Below, in pieces: positions 21,034 through 30,930 of a stretch of DNA of 64,000 bases. Within the stretch, counting starts at the first letter, position 1. Every line of letters begins with the position of its first letter. The position numbers and the translations under genes are program-made. Below the pieces are notes generated by a model. That model worked only from the letters and a program-made list of their open reading frames with translations, had not been told where the DNA came from and ran no database searches. This DNA is from an uncultured delta proteobacterium (lineage in GTDB: Bacteria; Desulfobacterota; Desulfobacteria; Desulfobacterales; Desulfosalsimonadaceae): positions 335,664 through 399,663 of the forward strand of contig CAWGYD010000005.1 of the NCBI GenBank assembly GCA_963826785.1, in the 5' to 3' direction.

Positions 21034-21190
21034 TCTATGTTCACGCGGTTCCGGCACTGTTAAATTGAAAAAGGAACTTTTGCAAAAAACCGGCAAAGAA
21101 AAAGATTTTTGAAATCTTCGCCTGTCAATTCTCTGTCTGATGGCCTTTGCGCGTGAATTTAGCAGACGTCCCGGTTTTGGATAAAGAAAA

Positions 21191-21326
21191 TTGATGAAGC
21201 CGTAAAAAGTCGGATTTTACACTTTCGTCATTCCGGCGGAGGCCGGAATCTACTACAAACTAAGTTGGTTATAGACTCCGGTTTTCACCGGAGTGACGAA
21301 CTTCGGACTTTTTACGGGTTCATCAA
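21191..21326. mobile_element. Miniature nested palindromic element (MITE/REP-like)
   Basis: ~23-bp terminal inverted repeats TTGATGAAGCCGTAAAAAGTCGG / CGGACTTTTTACGGGTTCATCAA enclosing GTCATTCCGGCGGAGGCCGGAATC and GACTCCGGTTTTCACCGGAGTGAC hairpins; no ORF. Confidence 0.75.
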
Positions 21327-21382
21327 AATTCTTACCACATACCGGCCCTTGATATATAAAATCCCACAATCAGGCGGGCCGA

Positions 21383-24061
21383 TCATTGCCCGATGATCAG
21401 CATCTGATCCGGACGGTCAAATGTCCGGGTGATGACTTGGCCGCACAGGGAGCGGTATTCGATTTGTCCCGGCCCGCAGTAGCCGCCCAGGCCGAAGCAG
21501 AGGGTTGAATCGTCCTGATTGCCGGCGCCCCGGCCGGCAGCGATCTCTCTGACCTGGCTTGCGCCGGGAAGGGTCAGGGTCAACCGCCCGCCGATGCCGA
21601 AACGGTTGCAGCCGGAATCACGGATGCCGACCTTGAGCCAGTGATTCCCGTTGCCGTTGTTTTTCAGCAGGTGGACGCCCTTTTCCCCGGTGACCAGCAA
21701 ATCAATGAACCCGTCGCCATCGAAGTCGGCAAATGCACATCCCCAGGCGTTCTCCACCCGGGTCCCGGAAACCCAGGTGATATCTTCAAACCGGCCCCCG
21801 GGTTGGTTGACATATAAATGGGCGTTTCGGCCGGAATAGATGGAAGTGATGTAAAGGTCGAGATCGCCGTCATTATCCACATCAGCCAGGGCGGGGTCCG
21901 CGTTGGTCTCTTCAAAGGAAATTCCCGAATCAACATATATATCGGCAAAAGAATAGCCAGGCGCCCCTCCATTGATCAGGAGCATGTTTTGATCTGAGAT
22001 TTCAATATAGCGGGGGTGGGCCAGGTTGGTGATGAACAGGTCCGGGTCGGTGTCATTGTCCAGATCGCCGCTTACCGGACCGATGGAATGTCCGAAATAG
22101 CCCTTTTTCATGTATCCGCGCACGCCGGCCTTTTCGGATCGGTCCACCAGGGTGAGATCGCCGCGATTCATCCACAGGAAATTGGGGTCCAGGCGATAGT
22201 TGGCGACGACGATATCGAGGTAACCGTCCTGGTTGTAATCCGTCCAGGTGGCGCCGCGGCCGCACATGGCCTCATCGGTGATGATGCCGGCACGGTCTGA
22301 GATATCGGAAAATCCGCCGGATCCGTCATTGAGATAGAGCTGATCCGGTATGCCGGTGCCCCGCATGATTGAAAAATTTTCATAATTGACCACATACAGA
22401 TCGATAAACCCGTCGTTGTTCAGGTCTCCCCAGGCCGCGGCGGCCGTGGTTCGTTTTTCAGCACCGAAAAGTCCATGCTGCACTTCGGTAAAGGCCCCGC
22501 CCTGATTGTTGAGCAGGTGGTTTTCGTTCCGGGAATAGACGAACAGGTCAAGATCGCCGTCATTGTCATAATCGCCGAAAATGCCGCCGTCTGAAGCGGC
22601 AAATTCAGAAAGCCCCGCAGCATCGGTAACCTCTTCAAAATGACCACGGCCGCGATTGCAAAACAGCAGGTGACCATCCAGAAGCAGATCCGGCCGGCCG
22701 TCCAGGTTATAGTCCCCCCAGGCGGCATGCTGTGCGGATCGGCCGAACAGGCCCGCCGTCTCGGTGACATCCGAAAAGGAAATTTGATGTTGTGCCGAAG
22801 CAAAATAGCGGGCCGGGTCGCCGTCAAACGTATATTGCGATTTCATCAGACTGCGCAGGCGGGGGAGGGGGTCGGCATCGGGGCTGCCGGTTTCAAGGGC
22901 ACGGCGGTAAAAGGCCACAGCGCCGATCGTGTCTTTTTGGATTTCAGCGATCTGTCCCAGGTAATCATAGGCCTCACCCAGGAGCGGATCTTCGGCAGCC
23001 GCCCGGGAAAGGGCTGCGCGTGCCAGATCAAATTGTTCCAGGGCAAACCAGGCGCGGCCCATCAGGTAATCGCGTTGCGCTTGCTGATGTTGCAGTTCCG
23101 CCTGCCACAATGCATCGCTAAATCCATCGGGTCTTTCTTCCGGTCGAGCCGTGGCATGATTATCTTCCAGAAGATCGAGGGCTGCTTCCGGGAGTCGGTT
23201 TTGTTCGATCAGCCACCGGGCGACCCCGGTTCTGATCTGTCGGCTGTTTACCTCAGGGGGATTAAATCGAGATATCTCTTCAAGGGGGTCAATGGCACTA
23301 TCTGCGAGGCGCTGCTTTTCTGAAAGATATTGTCGGGCGACATATCCGGCGAACCGGCGGTGGGGGAAATGCTCCAGGTACGATTCAATCAGGCGCATTT
23401 TGGTCGCCGGCTCTTTTTTTTCAATGATGATCTCTTCAAAAAGGCTGCGGGCAACACTCTCCTGAAGGTCCGGATCGTCGGGGGGAAGGCTCCGGGCAAG
23501 TTCTAAGAGGATGTCCTGCTGCCGGGCCCGATCGCCCATGAATTCATATGCAATATAGACCGCAAAGAGGGCTTCCGGCCGGCGTCGGGAAGTATCCAGC
23601 AGGTTGCGCGCTTCCTGCCGGATGGTTTCTTTGAGGGCGGCGTTCTTTTTCCCGTCCGCCAGCCGGGCCATCCACCAGAGGCTGTAGGCGGCGTCATATG
23701 CTGGCGCCCTGTCGATCAGTAGACCGGCGGTGAGCGCCGCCGCCTTGAACTGATCCATGGCAAATTGCGCGGCTGCTTTTTCATACTGCCATTCAACGCG
23801 GTCGGGGAAAAGCCGGCCGGCCTGATCAAAAACAAGAATCGCCCGTTTGTGAAAGCGCTCCCGGGACAAGGCCGTTCCCTGTTCAACGAGCAACTCATAA
23901 TCCGGCCCGGAAACGACCTTTGATCTTGCAACGCCCACAACATCTGAACCGGTACAGGAAGCAAGGATGAATATTAATGCACAGACCGCAGCGATGCAGC
24001 CAAAATAGCGCCGGCCAGAAGAATTTCCCCGATGATCCGATGCACAGATGGTTTGAATCAT
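21383..24061 (-). CDS. Putative lipoprotein: TPR region + seven FG-GAP/DxDxDG repeats + ASPIC/UnbV domain (CRTAC1-like)
   Basis: ILASC lipobox; GDYNLDG, GDYDNDG, GDLNNDG, TDYNQDG, GDLDNDT, ADVDNDG, ADFDGDG repeats; NHWLKV...NRFGIGG...VREIAAGRG. Confidence 0.85.
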   Translation of the reverse strand: MIQTICASDHRGNSSGRRYFGCIAAVCALIFILASCTGSDVVGVARSKVVSGPDYELLVEQGTALSRERFHKRAILVFDQAGRLFPDRVEWQYEKAAAQFAMDQFKAAALTAGLLIDRAPAYDAAYSLWWMARLADGKKNAALKETIRQEARNLLDTSRRRPEALFAVYIAYEFMGDRARQQDILLELARSLPPDDPDLQESVARSLFEEIIIEKKEPATKMRLIESYLEHFPHRRFAGYVARQYLSEKQRLADSAIDPLEEISRFNPPEVNSRQIRTGVARWLIEQNRLPEAALDLLEDNHATARPEERPDGFSDALWQAELQHQQAQRDYLMGRAWFALEQFDLARAALSRAAAEDPLLGEAYDYLGQIAEIQKDTIGAVAFYRRALETGSPDADPLPRLRSLMKSQYTFDGDPARYFASAQHQISFSDVTETAGLFGRSAQHAAWGDYNLDGRPDLLLDGHLLFCNRGRGHFEEVTDAAGLSEFAASDGGIFGDYDNDGDLDLFVYSRNENHLLNNQGGAFTEVQHGLFGAEKRTTAAAAWGDLNNDGFIDLYVVNYENFSIMRGTGIPDQLYLNDGSGGFSDISDRAGIITDEAMCGRGATWTDYNQDGYLDIVVANYRLDPNFLWMNRGDLTLVDRSEKAGVRGYMKKGYFGHSIGPVSGDLDNDTDPDLFITNLAHPRYIEISDQNMLLINGGAPGYSFADIYVDSGISFEETNADPALADVDNDGDLDLYITSIYSGRNAHLYVNQPGGRFEDITWVSGTRVENAWGCAFADFDGDGFIDLLVTGEKGVHLLKNNGNGNHWLKVGIRDSGCNRFGIGGRLTLTLPGASQVREIAAGRGAGNQDDSTLCFGLGGYCGPGQIEYRSLCGQVITRTFDRPDQMLIIGQ

Positions 24062-24477
24062 TTAAGTTTATCTCCTGAAATCAATTTAAACGCCTCCGAT
24101 AAGGCTTTTCGGCATACAGGCTCCGAAATACTGGCGCATAAAACCTCTTGAAGAAAAAGATGAAAGTAAATGGGAAGTGTAATGATTTGAATCTACTATA
24201 AACGAAGATGAAACGACTCGCAATGATAACAATCCTGCTTTTCATGCCCCCTGGGCACTTGGATTTGGCTTTCATGGCCTATTTGACATTGCCTGGCAGA
24301 AATACGGCAAGGCAATGTCCGTATTCAGGTCGCGAAAATTGTCGCGTCCCAGCTGTTTTCGCCTGTTGACTTTAATTGTGATTACAAATAGTTTGAGGGT
24401 ATGATAATCCGGACAAGGCCGCGCACCATTGCCCACCTGGAGTTCTTTTAATTGCAATCCACACGGAAGGAAAAAGG

Positions 24478-24975
24478 ATGAAAACAAAGATAATGCTGGT
24501 TCTGAGCGTATTCGCATGCCTGCTTGTTCTTCAATCGACCACCGCAATTTGCGCCGAATCATCTGGGGCGCCGGAATTGGTGGGGCTTTTGACCAATCAG
24601 CTGGGCATAACCGAGAGCCAGGCGTCCGGAGGCGCCGGGGCGCTTTTCCAGATGGCGAAAGGCAGCCTGCCGGAAAGCGACTATCTGAAAGTGGCTGAAG
24701 CGATTCCGGGCATTGACACACTGATCCAGTCCGCGCCCGCTGTTTCAAGTTCGAACAAAGGGGTTTCAGGCCAAATAGATGGATTTGCAAAAGGATTGGG
24801 CTCAATCACCAGGACAGCAGACAACGTAAATAAAATGGCAATGGTGACCGATCAATTTTCAAAACTGGGGCTTGATCCGGGCATGGTATCCCAGTTCATT
24901 CCTATTATCCTGAATTATGCCAACTCAAAAGGAGGGGAGACTGTTATGAATCTTCTCAAGAGTGTATGGCAATAA
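24478..24975 (+). CDS. Secreted DUF2780-like protein
   Basis: Signal peptide; LGITESQASGGAGALF, AIPGID, FSKLGLDPGMVSQFIPII. Confidence 0.8.
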   Translation: MKTKIMLVLSVFACLLVLQSTTAICAESSGAPELVGLLTNQLGITESQASGGAGALFQMAKGSLPESDYLKVAEAIPGIDTLIQSAPAVSSSNKGVSGQIDGFAKGLGSITRTADNVNKMAMVTDQFSKLGLDPGMVSQFIPIILNYANSKGGETVMNLLKSVWQ

Positions 24976-24985
24976 ATTCGCTTTT

Positions 24986-25037
24986 CGCCACCCCGGGAAT
25001 TTTGGTAAAGATAGTAATGCTAAATTTCCGGGGTGGC
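24986..25037. terminator. Long stem-loop after the DUF2780 gene (possible terminator or stabiliser)
   Basis: GCCACCCCGGGAATTT...AAATTTCCGGGGTGGC; no clear U tract. Confidence 0.45.
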
Positions 25038-25147
25038 AGGATAAGTGATCCCGCCATTTATCTCCCATGAAGACTTTTCATGGCAATTCCAGCAGTCTGT
25101 AAACTGCATAAGCGCTTTGGCCTATATAAAATTCAGGAATCGTAAAA

Positions 25148-25990
25148 ATGAAATATCCGGCAATGCAAGAATTGTTAATGAAAGAATTACGGCTGTACCA
25201 TTACCCGGTTGCCGTAAAATTTTTTTTCGATCAGGCTCAGATCGAATCCTTTAAAGGCAAAGCCGATGCATATCATTCACCCATGAAACCCACAACCTTT
25301 TGCCAGTGGGAAATCGGAGCCCGTATGAAAGGGCAGATCGTTTACGGGACAAAAGACCATTTAGGCTGCAGCAATGCCCGATATAGCTTCGGGTGGAAAG
25401 AACTTGATGAATCCGAAATTAAGAGCCACGCCAAATATACCCGCAACCTTGAGCAGGCCGAGCGTTTCATCAAATCCAAGCCCAGGCTTTCGGAAGGGCT
25501 GATCGGCATTGCCGTGGCACCGCTGGAAAAAGCTGAAATCTTAGGCGGTGCCGATACCGTTCATTTATACTGCGACAACATGCAGGCGTATCATCTCGCG
25601 GTGGACTACATGACAGCAACCGACACCCACCCCCTTCAAACCAATATCACCATGAATTCCTCGGCCTGCGGCGGCAATGTATGGACTTACCTGAACACGT
25701 CATTCAACATGCTCCCGGCCTGCTCGGGCGCTTATAATTCCGGTAAAACTGAACGCGGCGAGACCAACGTGATAATTCCGGGCTCTAAAATAGAAGCTGT
25801 CTGCCGGCGCCTCAAGGAGCGCATTGATCATCTGGGCAGCAGCGCAATCACCAAGCCCGGAGATGGCTTCCCGGGTGCGGATATCTGCAAGAATTGCCCG
25901 TTAAGAAGGACGACATCATGGGCGAGAATGGGTCCCAAGAATCTCGTCGGAGCACATGATGTTCTCCTGCGGCGGAATCGTCGTTATTAG
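25148..25990 (+). CDS. DUF169-family Cys-rich protein; extreme C-terminus possibly frameshifted
   Basis: YPVAVKF, TFCQW, GCSNA, SSACGG, ACSG, CKNCP. Confidence 0.75.
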   Translation: MKYPAMQELLMKELRLYHYPVAVKFFFDQAQIESFKGKADAYHSPMKPTTFCQWEIGARMKGQIVYGTKDHLGCSNARYSFGWKELDESEIKSHAKYTRNLEQAERFIKSKPRLSEGLIGIAVAPLEKAEILGGADTVHLYCDNMQAYHLAVDYMTATDTHPLQTNITMNSSACGGNVWTYLNTSFNMLPACSGAYNSGKTERGETNVIIPGSKIEAVCRRLKERIDHLGSSAITKPGDGFPGADICKNCPLRRTTSWARMGPKNLVGAHDVLLRRNRRY

Positions 25991-26345
25991 CAGAGCGCAC
26001 ATCCCACCAATCATCCGGTATATCAACGATATCATCCGTTCAGTCGGGAAAAATATGTGATGAGGCTACGTTGCTCGTTATTGGGTCTGAAATGGCTTGC
26101 GCTTTTATCAACTTTCTTTTATATTTCAAATTCAATTTTTGGCGGCCGAGGCCGATTTTGCGATTGTAACCGAAGGTAACAAAAAGATGTGCTGAATACG
26201 TTCCTTAAAGCTGTTTTTAAAGATCGAATTGTAGCAAAAAATTACAAAAATGATATTTTTTGATCAAATGTGGCCGAATATGATTTAAAGTTATACATGA
26301 AGAAATCAGCAAGAAACGCTGTATTAATTGATATATAGCACATGC

Positions 26346-26433
26346 GCCTGGGTGGCGGAATTGGTAGACGCAAGGGACTTAAAATCCCTTGGGGCATGTC
26401 CCCGTACGAGTTCGATTCTCGTCCTAGGCACCA
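26346..26433 (+). tRNA. tRNA-Leu(TAA)
   Basis: GCCTGGG/CCTAGGC acceptor, GGTAGACGC D-arm, AGGGACT-TAA-AATCCCT, long variable arm, GAGTTCGATTCTC, encoded CCA. Confidence 0.96.
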
Positions 26434-26603
26434 GAACAAAATGAAATGATTCGGAAAAGTTGGGGCATCGCTGATAAGGTGTCTTTTTGCCCGGATCATT
26501 TTTGAGTTTTTTCATATTCTATGCTTTTTTTTCAACCTGTAACGGCGATGCAGCGGCCTCAGGGATGCGTTGACAGGTTTTTGAAACAAGGAGTTTTTGC
26601 CGG

Positions 26604-27962
26604 ATGAATGTCTGTATTATCGGGACCGGTTATGTGGGATTGGTGGCTGCTGCCTGTTTTGCGGAAATGGGCAACCAGGTCTGCTGTTTCGATGTCAATC
26701 AACAGGTCCTGGAAATTTTGCACAACGGCGGTATCCATATCTTTGAGCCCGGGCTTGAGGATATCGTCAAGCGAAACATGACCCAGGGCCGCCTGAAGTT
26801 TACCTCTGAATTTGCCGAAGCAATCGGCAGCGCCCAGTTCGTGTTCAACTGTGTGGGGACTCCGCCCCTGTCTGATGGATCATGTGACCTTTCCTATGTG
26901 TATAACGTGGCCCACCAGATCGGTAAAACCATTTCCGATTACAAGATTATCATCAATAAATCCACCGTCCCCGTGGGGACCGCCGACGAAATGCGCGCTA
27001 TCATCGCAACGGAACTTAAAAACCGCAACATGAATATCGGCTTCGATGTGGTATCCAATCCTGAATTTTTAAAGGAGGGGGATGCGGTCAATGATTTCAT
27101 GAAGCCGGATCGGGTCATCATCGGCGCGGACAACCCCGATGTGGCCAGGCAGGTCGGTACTCTTTACGCCCCTTTTGCCCGCAGCCGGGACAAACTGATC
27201 ACCATGGGGGTGCGGAGTGCGGAGATGACCAAGTACGCCGCCAACTGCATGCTGGCCACAAAAATTTCCTTCATCAATGAAATGGCCAATATTTGCGAGC
27301 GGGTGGGTGCGGATATCCGGGATGTGCGGCTCGGCATCGGTTCTGATCACCGGATCGGTTATCATTTCATTTATCCCGGGGTGGGATACGGCGGATCCTG
27401 TTTTCCAAAAGATGTCAACGCCCTGATCAAGACCGCCATCTGCAATGCTTACATCCCCCAGTTGCTGGCGGCCGTGGAAGACGTCAATAACCGGCAGAAA
27501 CAAGTCATGGCCGAGAAGATCATCGGCTATTTCGAACAAAAAGGGGGCAGTGCCGGAAGATCCATCGCGGTGTGGGGAATTGCATTCAAAGCCAATACCG
27601 ATGATATCAGGGATTCGGCTGCCATCGTCATCATCAAACGACTAATCCAGTCCGGCATGACCGTGCGGGCCTTTGACCCGGCAGCGGATAAAAATGCCCG
27701 GCTCGCCCTGGCCGACCAACCGGGCGTCGAAATCGCAACCGATCAGTACCGCATGCTTCAGGGCGCAGACGCCCTTGCCGTGGTGACCGATTGGAACCAG
27801 TTCAGAAACCCCGATTTTTACCGCATTCATCGGGAATTGAAAACCCCGGTGATATTTGACGGCAGAAATCTGTATGCCTCCAATAAGATCGTGGCGGATC
27901 TGGGGTTTGCCTGTTTCGGCATGGGAAGGGCCGCTCTGGTTCCTGACCGCGCGGATTTGTAG
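26604..27962 (+). CDS. ugd: UDP-glucose/GDP-mannose 6-dehydrogenase
   Basis: IGTGYVGL, KSTVPVGT, SNPEFLKEG, GYGGSCFPKD, FKANTDDIRDS, IFDGRN. Confidence 0.93.
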   Translation: MNVCIIGTGYVGLVAAACFAEMGNQVCCFDVNQQVLEILHNGGIHIFEPGLEDIVKRNMTQGRLKFTSEFAEAIGSAQFVFNCVGTPPLSDGSCDLSYVYNVAHQIGKTISDYKIIINKSTVPVGTADEMRAIIATELKNRNMNIGFDVVSNPEFLKEGDAVNDFMKPDRVIIGADNPDVARQVGTLYAPFARSRDKLITMGVRSAEMTKYAANCMLATKISFINEMANICERVGADIRDVRLGIGSDHRIGYHFIYPGVGYGGSCFPKDVNALIKTAICNAYIPQLLAAVEDVNNRQKQVMAEKIIGYFEQKGGSAGRSIAVWGIAFKANTDDIRDSAAIVIIKRLIQSGMTVRAFDPAADKNARLALADQPGVEIATDQYRMLQGADALAVVTDWNQFRNPDFYRIHRELKTPVIFDGRNLYASNKIVADLGFACFGMGRAALVPDRADL

Positions 27963-27971
27963 CCCCCGTCT

Positions 27972-29577
27972 ATGGCAGGATCATTGCTGAAATTCCTGCG
28001 AACCGTTTTCCTGATCCTGATTTCAGCCCAACTGTATGCATTCTCCTTTCCCAAATCATCCTGGGTATGGGCGTCTTTTTTTGCTCTGGTTCCACTGTTT
28101 GCCGCACTTGAAAATGCCGGGTCGATCTTACGAAAAGCATTGACCGGATTCGGCTGGGGTGCGGCCATGGGCCTGTCCATGGGATATTGGCTGTTTCCCA
28201 CGCTGGTGAACCACTACGGGGTATCCTTTCCCAAAACCTTCCTGTTCGTTTTTCTGGCCCTGTTGCTTCCGCTGGGTCTTCTCTATTCTGCTTTTTCCGC
28301 GGCATATGGATTTCTTCAAAAAGACCGCTTCTTTTTTTATGCCCTTTCGGTTCCGTCATTGTGGACACTGGCGGAGTACATGAAAGAACAGGTTCCGGTG
28401 ATGATCCCCTGGGGCGGATTGAGCAGCGCGCTGACGGCAATTCCCGCATACATCCAGATGGCCGATATTGTCGGCGCCTACGGGGTCACTTTTGCGGCTG
28501 TTGACGGTCAATGCACTCTGCTGGTATGTCCTGCGTGGATTGATCCTGACCCGCCGACATCCATCCGAAAGCGGTCTTTCTCCCATTAAACAGCCGTGGC
28601 TGCCCCTTGCCCTGATTCTTCTGCTGATTGTTCTTCCGCTTGGGTATGGCAAGATTCGGATCCGGCAGATGAAAACCCTTTTGGATCATGGCATAAACCA
28701 AAATGCGCCGGCGGCCGTTCTGGTGCAGGCCAATTTCAGTTTGTCGGAACGATGGAGCGGGATGGGTTTTTACCATCGGTTGAAAACGTATCTGGACATG
28801 TCCGGCAGCGGGGGCGAGGGCGCAGGTCGGGTAATCGTCTGGCCGGAGACGGCATTGAATTCTTCAACACATGTTAATGATGGCCTTTTTATGGAGATGA
28901 TGCGCTATATCGGGGAAGAATCTCTGCTGATATCCGGCGGGATCATGACCGATGACGCCGACGGCGAAAACGGGGTATACAACTGCGCTTTTCTGATCTC
29001 GGGCGACGGCCATCTGATGCGCTATGATAAGCATATTCTCCTGCCCTATGCGGAGACAGCCCCCCTGATAGACCTGCTGGGACAATATTACACGGCCCCG
29101 GATGCGTTCATACCCGGCCGGTCACCCGTGGCGTTTAAGACGCCGCTGGGCCGTGTCGGGCTTTCCATCTGTTTTGAGATCCTGTATCCGGGGCTCGTCC
29201 GGCGGGCAGTGAGCGACGGGGCCGAGTTTCTGGTCAACATTTCAAATGACGCCTGGTTTGATGATTCGCCCATGCCATACCAGCACCTCGACGGTGCGGT
29301 ACTGCGGGCCGTGGAAAACCGGCGGTTTGTGCTGCGCACGTCCAACAGCGGCATCTCCGCCGTCATCTCGCCGGCAGGCGCGACCGTGAAAAAGAGCGGC
29401 CTGTTTTCAGCCGAGACAATATCGGGTAACTTTCTGCCGCTGAGGCAAAAGAGCATTTACACCCGGTGGGGTGATCTCATTGTGTATTTTTCCGCCTTTT
29501 ACCTGATGGCCGCTCTTTTGAAGATAATCTGGATGGGGCATGAAAACGACAGCAAGGTAAAAGCGATTCGCTCTTAG
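27972..29577 (+). pseudogene. lnt: Apolipoprotein N-acyltransferase with a +1 frameshift near 28491-28510 (or sequencing error)
   Basis: N-terminal TM half ends ADIVGAYGVTF; next frame continues LLTVNAL and carries the nitrilase triad WPETA, YDKHILLPYAE, ICFEILYP plus NISNDAWF and RAVENRR. Confidence 0.85.
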
Positions 29578-29610
29578 CAGGATGCAGGAGCGAATCGCCG
29601 GAATGTCCGA

Positions 29611-30708
29611 TCAGCGAGCCTGATGACCTTCGGATTTTAGCCGTTCAAGTTCCTTGCGCATATTTTCACGACGCTGGAAGGCGTCCGCTTCATCACCGAA
29701 GGTCTGCTGCTGCAGGGATTTGATGCGCTGCTCCTTTTCTTCGGGGGCAATTTCCGTGTCTGCCATGATCTTTTGCTCTGCCTGACGGTAATTTTCTTCC
29801 TTCTGCTGGTCCTGGGAAATTTCCTGGTCCACCGCTTCCATCCGGCCGACCACTTCGGGGGAGAAGAATTCATTCCTGAATTCTTTTATCTTCTGCTCCC
29901 GGGCTTCTTCTGAAGCCATTTCGTCGAAATCCTTTTCGTAGATTTTGATTTTTTCCTGGTAGCGATTATAGGAATTCGGGTGTTTTTCGACGTCCTGCGC
30001 CTCATCACCCCACATGTCCTGGTTTAATTTTTCGATCTGCGTTTCCTTGTCACTTCCGTACATGTCATCATTTGCCACGATAGATGCGCGTCTGAACGCA
30101 TATTCCTTGGATTTGACGTCCGCACCGAAAAGTTTGTCCGCCAGTTCGACGCCCAGCCGCTCCCTCCTGAACTCCTGAATCCGGCGAAGGATCGCAATGG
30201 CTTCTTCCGGTGTTCGGACCTGGGAAAGGTTATTGAACTCGGAAACCAGGTCCATTTCGGTCTGGAGGTATTTCTGGTAAATCTCAAAGAGTTTTTCCGC
30301 TTCGGGTTCGGAGAATTCCGAAAGCAGGTATTCATGGACCTGTTCGAGGTGATCGCCCATGGTTTGGCTTTTTCTGAATTTATGCTCCAGGTGCTTGAAA
30401 TAATTCAAGGTGGCATAGGCGTTGATCAGACCCTCGGAAAGGACATTTCGCAGGTTTTCACCCCCGCTTGTATCCTGTTTGGTGAAATTGCCGCTGTCTT
30501 TAACCGCTCCACTTGCATCCGGCTGCTGCGGCTGGTTGAGCTTAAACGGGGTGCGCGCCTTCTGGACATCTTCCAGGCTGATGTCGTAGGTTTTATCGAA
30601 AATGTAGCCGGTGTCCTGACTCTCCGAAGGATAAAGCCAGTATCCGACCATCAGCAGGAGGATGAGCAGACCGCCGATGGCGATCAGCTTGCTTCGGGTC
30701 AATTTCAT
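29611..30708 (-). CDS. Lipase-specific foldase (Lif/LipH-type secretion chaperone)
   Basis: N-terminal TM anchor, linker, helical domain with LFEIYQKYL, RRERLG...KLFG, FFSPEVVGRM; directly downstream of a family I lipase; GGAG RBS before ATG 30708. Confidence 0.8.
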   Translation of the reverse strand: MKLTRSKLIAIGGLLILLLMVGYWLYPSESQDTGYIFDKTYDISLEDVQKARTPFKLNQPQQPDASGAVKDSGNFTKQDTSGGENLRNVLSEGLINAYATLNYFKHLEHKFRKSQTMGDHLEQVHEYLLSEFSEPEAEKLFEIYQKYLQTEMDLVSEFNNLSQVRTPEEAIAILRRIQEFRRERLGVELADKLFGADVKSKEYAFRRASIVANDDMYGSDKETQIEKLNQDMWGDEAQDVEKHPNSYNRYQEKIKIYEKDFDEMASEEAREQKIKEFRNEFFSPEVVGRMEAVDQEISQDQQKEENYRQAEQKIMADTEIAPEEKEQRIKSLQQQTFGDEADAFQRRENMRKELERLKSEGHQAR

Positions 30709-30774
30709 CACGCACGCTCCATGAATCACGCAGTTTTCGAGTAAGCAGAAGAAAAAAAGAAGTTCAGCTTCTGG

Positions 30775-30803
30775 ATTGTCATAAAACTTGGAAAAACCGT
30801 CAA
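30775..30803 (-). promoter_or_regulatory. Putative sigma-70 promoter for the foldase gene
   Basis: Minus strand TTGACG-17 nt-GACAAT. Confidence 0.5.
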
Positions 30804-30819
30804 TAGAAAATTTTAAAAT

Positions 30820-30853
30820 AAAAAGGGGCCCCCTGGGAAGGGGCCCCTTTTTT
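30820..30853. terminator. Intrinsic terminator between lipase and foldase genes
   Basis: AAAAAGGGGCCCC-loop-GGGGCCCCTTTTTT. Confidence 0.8.
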
Positions 30854-30930
30854 GGATCGGCGTTTCATTTTCTTCTGATGGATTAAAGATCGAGTCAAAT
30901 GAAACGGGTTGGAAATTATTCCAGGGTGGA

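Noticed and set aside
21191..21326. Palindromic element read as a CRISPR array
   Set aside because: Inverted rather than direct repeats, no spacer series, no cas genes
24081..24275. 64-aa minus-strand ORF upstream of the FG-GAP gene
   Set aside because: Low-complexity Phe/Lys/Arg composition typical of AT-rich promoter DNA; no convincing RBS
26164..26182. TTGTAACC-GAA-GGTAACAA near-palindrome, sharing an 11-mer with the tyrS low-GC patch
   Set aside because: Single imperfect site; 11-mer matches are expected by chance in 64 kb
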